This document shows positions 18,887 through 25,924 of a DNA stretch of 45,042 nt, piece by piece. Under the pieces are notes generated by a model that was given only the letters and a program-made list of their open reading frames with translations, was not told the DNA's origin and did not search any database. Made by a program: the position numbers and the translations under genes. Position 1 is the first letter of the stretch, and each line of letters opens with the position of its first letter. Origin of the DNA: an uncultured Halobacteriovorax sp. (GTDB taxonomy: Bacteria; Bdellovibrionota; Bacteriovoracia; Bacteriovoracales; Bacteriovoracaceae); assembly GCA_964352175.1 (NCBI GenBank), contig CAYGQW010000001.1:1-45042 (forward strand), in the 5' to 3' direction.

Positions 18887-18989
18887 TTAGGCAACACATG
18901 CCCACATATAAAGGTACTTCCGTCTTAATATATTTTTTAAAAAAGAAGTAAAAACAGATAATTAGTATAAAATCTGTTTAAATATGGAT

Positions 18990-19028
18990 ATAACATGCTA
19001 CATTATTATTAAATATAATATTACGGAG
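18990..19028 (+). promoter_or_regulatory. candidate sigma70-like promoter plus RBS for the small-peptide/GT2 transcription unit
   Basis: TATAAT at 19014-19019. ATAACA (4/6 match to TTGACA) at 18990-18995 with 18-nt spacing. GGAG at 19025-19028 lies 8 nt before ATG 19037. AT-rich DNA makes chance matches likely. Confidence 0.3.
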
Positions 19029-19036
19029 CAGTAGAA

Positions 19037-19174
19037 ATGAGTGAAGATTCTAATGACTTGTTTAATAAGAAAGTTATCCTAAAAGATGAAGTCCTTGGTG
19101 AATTTTCAGTATTTGAAGTTCCTGAAGATGAAGACTTAGGTATATTCGCATTCGGTAAACTCATCGAACTCTAA
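19037..19174 (+). CDS. 45-aa acidic peptide, a candidate modified-peptide precursor; not in the supplied ORF track
   Basis: ATG 19037 follows GGAG with 8-nt spacing. Translation is MSEDSNDLFNKKVILKDEVLGEFSVFEVPEDEDLGIFAFGKLIEL. TAA at 19172-19174 lies 10 nt before the GT2 start. This is the only sizeable intergenic gap in the island. Confidence 0.45.
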   Translation: MSEDSNDLFNKKVILKDEVLGEFSVFEVPEDEDLGIFAFGKLIEL

Positions 19175-19184
19175 AGACATCTAA

Positions 19185-20237
19185 ATGATAAGTGTTATCG
19201 TACCGACACTAAATAGTGAATCAACACTAGCACTTTGCCTAAAATCAATCTTTGATCAACATATATCTTTGCCCTTTGAGGTTATTGTCAGCGACTGTGG
19301 AAGTAGCGACACAACCGTCCAAATCGCGAAACGATTTAATGCACACATTACCTTAAGTCAAAAGAAGTCAGCGTCTGCTGCCAGAAATAAAGGCGCACAA
19401 ATAAGCTCAGGTAGCTATCTTGCGTTTATAGATTCAGATGTTGTCTTAAGTGATAACTGGCTTGAACAGAACTTTCAATCACTGAACGAAACAATCTTTG
19501 ATGTTTCTCAATCACCAGTAATACCAAGCGGCCCAAGTACATTCATTAACTCCTATCGCAAGCAGTTATCAAAGATATACACCAAAGGTACTTATAACCA
19601 TATTGATGTCGATCAAGTGCCTAAAATGACAGTTAATACTGCTGCTTGCATGCTAAAAAAGGAAGCCTTTGTAAAAGCCGAAGGCTTTGATGAAAACCTA
19701 CTAAAGTTAGAAGACACAGATCTCATGACGAGAATTTTTTACTCTTGTGGAAATTTCACCATTAGTAAGAATACAACTGCGCAAGTTTTTCGAACCGGCA
19801 ACTTGCTGGACTATATAGCTAGAAGCTTTCAAATAGGCTGTCAAACTAAAAGTTTCAAAAATAAATGGCAGCATACTTCCACGATACCTAGTCATCCATA
19901 CTTTACAAACTTCAAACATAGTATATTTTTTAAGTTTTTATTAATGACAAGTAAAGTGGGTGAACATTTAAGCCAAAACACAAACACCAACTTTAAAAAA
20001 TATATACCAAAAACAATAAAGTCGTACAAAAAAGCAGTGATTAAAAACGGAGATCAAACATATATTTTAAATCCATTTTCTCGAATCATAAATGGAACCT
20101 TCAAATCATACATCTACAACATTCTAACAAAGAAAAGTCATCCAATTGAAATCATTAACTCTAGCAACAACCAGCTATTCATCAGTGCAAAGAATATTGA
20201 GCAATTAAAAAATGATAACATCCTCTATGAAATATAA
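19185..20237 (+). CDS. GT-A fold family-2 glycosyltransferase with an extra ~100-aa C-terminal region
   Basis: 350 aa. Canonical GT2 N-terminus ISVIVPTLNSE...EVIVSDCGSSD..., ARNKGA and the DXD motif FIDSDV. The C-terminal third has no recognisable motif. Confidence 0.85.
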   Translation: MISVIVPTLNSESTLALCLKSIFDQHISLPFEVIVSDCGSSDTTVQIAKRFNAHITLSQKKSASAARNKGAQISSGSYLAFIDSDVVLSDNWLEQNFQSLNETIFDVSQSPVIPSGPSTFINSYRKQLSKIYTKGTYNHIDVDQVPKMTVNTAACMLKKEAFVKAEGFDENLLKLEDTDLMTRIFYSCGNFTISKNTTAQVFRTGNLLDYIARSFQIGCQTKSFKNKWQHTSTIPSHPYFTNFKHSIFFKFLLMTSKVGEHLSQNTNTNFKKYIPKTIKSYKKAVIKNGDQTYILNPFSRIINGTFKSYIYNILTKKSHPIEIINSSNNQLFISAKNIEQLKNDNILYEI

Positions 20238-22012
20238 GCCGAATCAACAGGGAAAAACTTCTCTTTTCTTCCAGAATGTCCTGATACAGAGAAAACGATA
20301 TTACCTTTAAGGTCATCAACAAGAGATGTGCGTTTCCTTATAGCTAAGCTACAGTCAAAATAATCAAAAAATAGATTTTTTGTAGCATCAATTAAATTCT
20401 GTTTTAAAAACTCATCTAACGACAGAGAACTAGCATGACAAACCTTGTTAGCACTGTCTAGCTTGAACGGAAAATAAAACTGCTCATGATTAATAATTCC
20501 ATCAACCGTACTAGTTAATGAGGATCGATCTGAATCAACGAGTGAATCTTTACCTTTAAGAAAGCTGCTTACTAAAGTATAGGAAAGTTTTAACTTACGA
20601 TCCAATTTTCGATTGATATTAAAATTATGAACTTTTGATTTTACCTCAGACTTGGAATTAATTAGTGTAAAGGAAGTAGAGTCAAAAATTTTATGACCTG
20701 AGACAACAGAGTCGAGTCGGCCGAATTGAATCTTACTAAAAGAGTCTTGTTCATTAAGGTCGTCTAAAAATAAGTTAAAGGCTTTAATCGTAAAAATTTT
20801 TAAACTATTAATATCTAAATCACAGTTATCGTAAAGGTTTCTTAAAGCCGTAACAAAAAGCAAGCAGTCAGAACTATCAACAAAAGTAAGGCGTGCCATT
20901 TGGGAAATGTAGTTAAAGAATAAATCCTCAAAATGACCAAAGCTATAGTTTCTTAAAAGGTTGGCTTGCTTAAATTTTTTAAAATAAATATGAAGTGTAT
21001 TTAAGAACTGCACCAAGGAACAATAAGCATGTAAAACATCCTTACCTTCAAGGTCACAAAGATCCTCAATCATGTGAGTAAGCTCACCGCTCCCCTTGTC
21101 GCGTTCTACAGAGAACATAAAAGTATAGTTACCAGGGCCAAACTTATTATCTATCCCCTGCATATCAACTAATTTGCCATCAACGCAAAAGTTTTCATGA
21201 TTAAAATGAGGATGATTAAAACCCATATGCACAAAACTTGCTAATTGAAACACAAGGTTGGAAAAATAAGTTTCGCCTTTGTCTTCATCAATTGAACTAA
21301 GAAATAAAAAATCATTTGCAGCTAAAAGGTCTGTATTTAACTGTGAAATTCTTAGCGAATAAGGCTCTCTTGCCATGGGATAAGAGAGTAAATTATTTGT
21401 AGATTTTGCATAAAAAAGTGCAATACTTGAGACTGAACCTAAAAAGGTACCAGAAGCGACAATTCTTGATAAGAAAAGTGAGTATATTGACTCGTGAAGA
21501 CTGGAACCTCCCCAACTATTGCCCAAATCGTCAAATCCAACAAATTGATTTCGGCCAATGCCTTTAATCTCGATATTACCTATAAGGTAGTTTCGTCCTT
21601 TTCCAAAATGAGCTTTAAAAGATGAGCAAAATGATTCAACTAAAACATACAAAGAGTCATTATCCAGACTACCATGAGAATTAATCAGTCCACCTGGGTT
21701 ATCATTAGTAAGATAGATAAGATTTTCAAACCTATAAGTAGAGGAAGATGAAGGTCTGCTAAATCCGTTACGATAAGATAAGCATAGATCATCAATATTA
21801 TTAGGACGACTATTTTGAGTGGTAGTCTTCAGACGTTCAAGAAAAGATAGCGACTCAATCAAATCTTTTTCTTTTCTACGATCAATATAAAAAACAAAAG
21901 AATCAGAAGGTTTTGAAACAGAAACGGCAGAAAAAAAAGAACTCCAAAGATGACGATAATCCTTGGTAGATATCAAGTTTATATGATTAAACACATCATT
22001 TGTCATAAACAA
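20225..22012 (-). CDS. large protein of unknown function with possible protein-kinase-like/SelO-like motifs
   Basis: 595-aa ORF in very AT-rich DNA, where long chance ORFs are unlikely. The probable start is ATG 22006 (track start is TTG 22012). Motifs seen: IEIKGIGRN (res ~147-155), GGSSLHES (res ~168-175), and FVHMGFNHPHFNHENFCVDGKLVDMQG (res ~260-286). These resemble the Gly-rich loop, the conserved Glu, and the catalytic-loop Asn/Mg-binding Asp of kinase-fold enzymes. The gene lies directly downstream of the PqqD-like gene. Confidence 0.6.
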   Translation of the reverse strand: MFMTNDVFNHINLISTKDYRHLWSSFFSAVSVSKPSDSFVFYIDRRKEKDLIESLSFLERLKTTTQNSRPNNIDDLCLSYRNGFSRPSSSSTYRFENLIYLTNDNPGGLINSHGSLDNDSLYVLVESFCSSFKAHFGKGRNYLIGNIEIKGIGRNQFVGFDDLGNSWGGSSLHESIYSLFLSRIVASGTFLGSVSSIALFYAKSTNNLLSYPMAREPYSLRISQLNTDLLAANDFLFLSSIDEDKGETYFSNLVFQLASFVHMGFNHPHFNHENFCVDGKLVDMQGIDNKFGPGNYTFMFSVERDKGSGELTHMIEDLCDLEGKDVLHAYCSLVQFLNTLHIYFKKFKQANLLRNYSFGHFEDLFFNYISQMARLTFVDSSDCLLFVTALRNLYDNCDLDINSLKIFTIKAFNLFLDDLNEQDSFSKIQFGRLDSVVSGHKIFDSTSFTLINSKSEVKSKVHNFNINRKLDRKLKLSYTLVSSFLKGKDSLVDSDRSSLTSTVDGIINHEQFYFPFKLDSANKVCHASSLSLDEFLKQNLIDATKNLFFDYFDCSLAIRKRTSLVDDLKGNIVFSVSGHSGRKEKFFPVDSAYIS

Positions 22013-22065
22013 TGAATAAGCGCAAAAATATAAATTGAAACTGTAAATTTGAGTTAGAGAACTGC

Positions 22066-22332
22066 TTAAACAAGTTCAATGAGATCCTGTTCTTCAAGCT
22101 TTTTAATAAAGTCAGACACCTTATCTTTAACGCTATCATTAGAAAGCTTTAAATCTTCAACTTTTTTATAAAAGTCACTTTCATCTATGCCGTCTTCAGA
22201 TAAAAGCAGCCAGATATTTTTGAAGTGACCGCGTAAAGTGTAAAAAGCTTCATTACCTGTAAATGAAACCAAGTAGATTTCATCTGCTTTCTCTGTCACC
22301 ACTACAGAACTTTTAATTTTAATAATACTCAT
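22066..22332 (-). CDS. stand-alone PqqD-like protein (RiPP recognition element type)
   Basis: 88 aa. N-terminal beta-strand region (VVVTEKADEIYLVSFTGNEAFYTL) is followed by ...NIWLLLSEDGIDESDF...VKDKVSDFIKKLEEQDLIELV. This matches the PqqD pattern (y.LN....iW.ll.......l.......d...Dv..Fl..L.e.gLi). Confidence 0.6.
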   Translation of the reverse strand: MSIIKIKSSVVVTEKADEIYLVSFTGNEAFYTLRGHFKNIWLLLSEDGIDESDFYKKVEDLKLSNDSVKDKVSDFIKKLEEQDLIELV

Positions 22333-22418
22333 TGATACCCCTTAATTAAGTATTATAACTTGAATATATTAGGATATAAATAAATAAAACCTAACGCCCC
22401 ACACTAAATACGAGGTTG

Positions 22419-23288
22419 TCATGGAAATCTCAAAGCCATTCGCCTTAAGAGCTTGGAAAAATGAGACTGTACATATTCAGGATCAAGAAACAAGAACAAT
22501 ATTGCAATACAAAAGCTTGAAAGAAAATATAAGTGAATAACAGGGATAATCAAAAGATGGAAAATAATAAAGCAAAGCACAACATGCTTTTTATACCTAG
22601 ACCATAAGGCAAAAGCTCCCAATGTTTCACCAATGATAACTGCATAGTTTCCAATATAGAGTATAAAATAAGGCAATATTGGCAAGTTTAATGATTTAGA
22701 AAAGTGAAGGAGTGCGTCTCCCGTATACCATATTTCATTATTGAATTTTGCAAATCCGGCATTAAAATAGATAACTGACAAACTTAACTTCATCAAAAAA
22801 ACAAAACTGTTATGTATTGGAGTAAAGTATTGAATATTTTTTGAAATAAGCTTTGGCCGTTTTGATAATTCAAGAACTAAATGCTCGTTCGTAACGATAA
22901 AACATAGACAGAACAGAGCTCTACATACAATTCGATCTATACCAGTAACATATAGAAAGCTTCCATGTATAAAGAAAATATTTATAATAAAAATAATTCT
23001 AAGTAATTTCACCCCTCCCCAACCTAATCCATAAAAAATAATCAAGAGCAAAAAAACTAGATGAAAATATGGGGTAAAAATGAAATCGAAGAAATCAAAA
23101 AGATTTACAAGTCCAAAATATTCAAAACTAAAATAAGTCGACTTAATATAATAAATATTAAAATTTATTTGTCTTTCAAGATAAAAAACAAAAAGCAAAA
23201 TAGAAAATACGATTCTAAATATCGACAAATTATAAGTTGTATCTTTTGTCCAAAAAAAAGAATCGAGTTTATCTATAACCTTAATCAT
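22419..23288 (-). CDS. HTTM-domain (vitamin-K-dependent-carboxylase-related / SdpB-like) polytopic membrane protein
   Basis: 289 aa with at least 7 hydrophobic segments. The N-terminus, ...NLSIFRIVFSILLFVFYLER, resembles the conserved start of HTTM domains (sLa.fRi.fG...). The ATG overlaps the stop of the upstream gene (ATGATTAA). Confidence 0.5.
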   Translation of the reverse strand: MIKVIDKLDSFFWTKDTTYNLSIFRIVFSILLFVFYLERQINFNIYYIKSTYFSFEYFGLVNLFDFFDFIFTPYFHLVFLLLIIFYGLGWGGVKLLRIIFIINIFFIHGSFLYVTGIDRIVCRALFCLCFIVTNEHLVLELSKRPKLISKNIQYFTPIHNSFVFLMKLSLSVIYFNAGFAKFNNEIWYTGDALLHFSKSLNLPILPYFILYIGNYAVIIGETLGAFALWSRYKKHVVLCFIIFHLLIIPVIHLYFLSSFCIAILFLFLDPEYVQSHFSKLLRRMALRFP

Positions 23289-23769
23289 AATTTAACTCCT
23301 TACAATCAATTTCAATTGTATTAGTTAAACTACCTTCATCTAACTCTTGCTTTGAATGATATGTATCAATAATACTATCTTGATTCTTACCACTAACTTC
23401 ATAGATGAATATCTTCAAGCGAGACGAGGGATCGAGTCCCGAGCACAGATGCCTATTCCTATGAGAAACTTGATATTTTTTATAAAAAAACATCGCTTTA
23501 TAAAACATATTATTGTGGCGATGGTCGAACAAAACATTGTAAGGCAGCATAGATCTGTTTTTAACAAATAAAAGATGTTCTTCATTGTTTATATATTGCA
23601 CTACTTTATATTTAGTATTATATTTTTTAACTAAAAAAAGCGCCCAACTTCCGTCTTGAAAGAAAGTCTTTCCCAGTACATTAAAAAACGATTTTTTGTA
23701 GTAATTGTTTATCGTCGTTCCCTCGAGAGGTATGACGATAAACAGAAGAGATAGAAATATCAACAGCAA
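23281..23769 (-). CDS. small N-terminally anchored protein translationally coupled to the HTTM gene (SdpA-like position)
   Basis: 162 aa from the first canonical start, TTG 23769 (MLLIFLSLLFIVIPLEG...). The in-frame upstream codons ATA 23805/ATT 23802 would add IIKKKYQTLLSF, a positively charged n-region. Size and gene order mirror sdpA-sdpB, but no sequence motif is recognised. Confidence 0.45.
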   Translation of the reverse strand: MLLIFLSLLFIVIPLEGTTINNYYKKSFFNVLGKTFFQDGSWALFLVKKYNTKYKVVQYINNEEHLLFVKNRSMLPYNVLFDHRHNNMFYKAMFFYKKYQVSHRNRHLCSGLDPSSRLKIFIYEVSGKNQDSIIDTYHSKQELDEGSLTNTIEIDCKELNYD

Positions 23770-23824
23770 GAAAGATAAAAGGGTTTGATATTTTTTTTTA
23801 ATTATTACCCCATGCTTTAATTAT

Positions 23825-25294
23825 CTAATTCATCAAATCAGACAAATCTAAGTCTACATAAGTGAAATTAGAAACATTTATAATATCTCTTGATAACTTA
23901 TGTCTTTGTCCAAATGGATCAGTCATAAACTGATGATCGATGGAGAAATAAGAATTATCAATAAAAACAATCTTTTCGAGCTCATTAATCCTAATGACCA
24001 TGGATTCTCCTTCTTTCAGAAAAGTAGAAACAGAGGTCAACAACTGAAGTCTTTGGTCGTCAGAAATAGAATTAACTATATTTATATTTTTATGCTCGAA
24101 GGAGTAAATAGTCTTAAAAATTTCATTCTTCAGCTTAAAGCCTTCATTTATAGATTTATAATATATTTTATAATTAATAGTCGTCCTATAAATACCTGGT
24201 GCAATCACGAAAAATACAATAACACTGAACCATTTGGATTTATTATTTTTAAAAAGTATATGCATCATGCTCAAAATAATAGGGACTAACCACACTGAGC
24301 GTGAAATTGCTGTATGATTGGAAATGAGACAAAATGGCAATGCAATTGCCGATAAAGCCAAGAAATAACTTAAAAATAAGCGAATCTCTTTCTTCTTTTT
24401 CAAACTCACATAGAATAAAGCCAAAATAAATAAGACAGGAGCAATAAAATAAAATGAATGATTATAGCTGAGCAATAAACTGGCCTTAGAATCAAAACTA
24501 TTGAGTCCTGTAGATAAATAATAACTAAAAACTTTATGGACGTTTGCAAAATCAATTTTCAAAAAGCCTGCATCAGCAAGTTTCCAAATAAAAACCCTCA
24601 CAAAGACATAGACCAGACTCGGAATACTAATAATTAAGAGCTCAACTACTCTCTTAATGTCTTTTTTTAGGAAATGAAAAATTAAAAGAAATGGAAAGGT
24701 TATGGCTGCTTCATGGCAAGTTATAGCAATAATCTGAAAAATAAATAATTTTATCAACAAAAATCTATCAAAATTCACTTTGCGATCTATCAGATTACAT
24801 AAGTAGCACACATATAGAAAAAGTAAGTGGTATTTAAATGTAAAAGAAGATACCAAGAGTGATGGTGCGGAAGAGTTAAATAAAACATAGGTTAAAAGGA
24901 TACCTATCTGAAAAATATCCAGATTTTTTTTATTCTTAAATAAAAAATTTATTCCAAAGATAAAAAAACAAAAATTTAGCAAGACATAGAAATAGGCAGA
25001 ATTTAACCTTAGTAATTCAAAAAGATAATATTGTGAGAAAAATGACGACGGGCGATATTGGCCAAAATTTATGGTCGATGTATAAATTTTAAACCAATAG
25101 TCTATTGAATGAGTATATTCAGAATTATAAGCTTTAAAAAATCTGAGAGAATCAGAATCTAATTGAATATTAAAAAGGCAAAGTAAAATAGCAATTACAA
25201 AAATCGGGGTACCTAACAAAATATATTTCCGAAGATCACGAGTAAAATAGCGCATTAAATCCGACTTTTTTTGTTTGGCATTAATTGTTAACAC
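23825..25294 (-). CDS. polytopic membrane protein, possibly a GT-C-type glycosyltransferase or polymerase
   Basis: 489 aa with roughly 11-13 hydrophobic segments across the first ~370 residues, followed by a soluble C-terminal ~120 aa. An acidic DSDS motif (NIQLDSDSLRFF) sits directly after the first TM segment, where GT-C enzymes carry their DxD/ExD loop. Confidence 0.5.
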   Translation of the reverse strand: MLTINAKQKKSDLMRYFTRDLRKYILLGTPIFVIAILLCLFNIQLDSDSLRFFKAYNSEYTHSIDYWFKIYTSTINFGQYRPSSFFSQYYLFELLRLNSAYFYVLLNFCFFIFGINFLFKNKKNLDIFQIGILLTYVLFNSSAPSLLVSSFTFKYHLLFLYVCYLCNLIDRKVNFDRFLLIKLFIFQIIAITCHEAAITFPFLLIFHFLKKDIKRVVELLIISIPSLVYVFVRVFIWKLADAGFLKIDFANVHKVFSYYLSTGLNSFDSKASLLLSYNHSFYFIAPVLFILALFYVSLKKKKEIRLFLSYFLALSAIALPFCLISNHTAISRSVWLVPIILSMMHILFKNNKSKWFSVIVFFVIAPGIYRTTINYKIYYKSINEGFKLKNEIFKTIYSFEHKNINIVNSISDDQRLQLLTSVSTFLKEGESMVIRINELEKIVFIDNSYFSIDHQFMTDPFGQRHKLSRDIINVSNFTYVDLDLSDLMN

Positions 25295-25324
25295 GCTTAA
25301 GAATAACGTATATAATAATAAAAT

Positions 25325-25924
25325 ATGAAATTTTTTTCAAAACTAAGAAATCCACAAGCATATTTAGACTACCAAAGGATCTTCCAAGAAGATAAATATG
25401 TCATCGTTAATAATTTTTTTCATAGCGATTTTCTAAATTCTTTAATAACTATTATGAGTGATAGACAGGACTACTATATACCCTCTACTCACAATTTAGG
25501 ACTAGACGATACTTTTAAATTTACCCCTCTCGATCGAAAGAGTGAGATTCTTCTTAATGATGAAAAATTCTTACATGAAGTAAGGATGTTTACCGGAATA
25601 AGCTCAATTACGCATGCCAAGCCTCGATTCTACAGAATTAAATCGGGTGCAGAGCACTTCCTCTCTTGGCATAATGATGACGGCGAACCCAATAGAGTTC
25701 TCGCCTGTCGGATTGAGCTGTCAACTAGTTTTTATAAGGGTGGTGAATTTGAAATAAGAGAAATAGGAAAGAAAGAACCATTTGTTTCAATTGGACAACT
25801 AAAGTTCTCGCAAGCGGTATTTTTTCCTGTAGAAACAAATAAATTTGAACACCAAGTAAAACCCCTAACCGAAGGAGAAAGATACTCTTTTTTAATTTGG
25901 TTCTATGAAGGAGCAAGATTATAA
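25325..25924 (+). CDS. 2-oxoglutarate/Fe(II)-dependent oxygenase, paralog B
   Basis: 199 aa, colinear with paralog A. The core is nearly identical: HFLSWHNDDGEPNRVLACRIELS...GGEFEIRE...FEHQVKPLTEGERYSFLIWF. Confidence 0.7.
   Translation: MKFFSKLRNPQAYLDYQRIFQEDKYVIVNNFFHSDFLNSLITIMSDRQDYYIPSTHNLGLDDTFKFTPLDRKSEILLNDEKFLHEVRMFTGISSITHAKPRFYRIKSGAEHFLSWHNDDGEPNRVLACRIELSTSFYKGGEFEIREIGKKEPFVSIGQLKFSQAVFFPVETNKFEHQVKPLTEGERYSFLIWFYEGARL

Noticed and set aside
18952-18979. 8-bp hairpin (aaacagat / atctgttt, 12-nt loop) downstream of oxygenase A; considered as a terminator or operator.
   Set aside because: It has only two GC pairs, a large loop and no following T-run, so it is too weak to call.
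18898-19034. Two further mini-ORFs in the 18887-19036 gap: 18898-18951 (MPTYKGTSVLIYFLKKK) and 18984-19034 (MDITCYIIIKYNITEQ).
   Set aside because: Neither has a Shine-Dalgarno sequence. They are very short and AT-driven, and the second overlaps the putative promoter/RBS of the 45-aa ORF.
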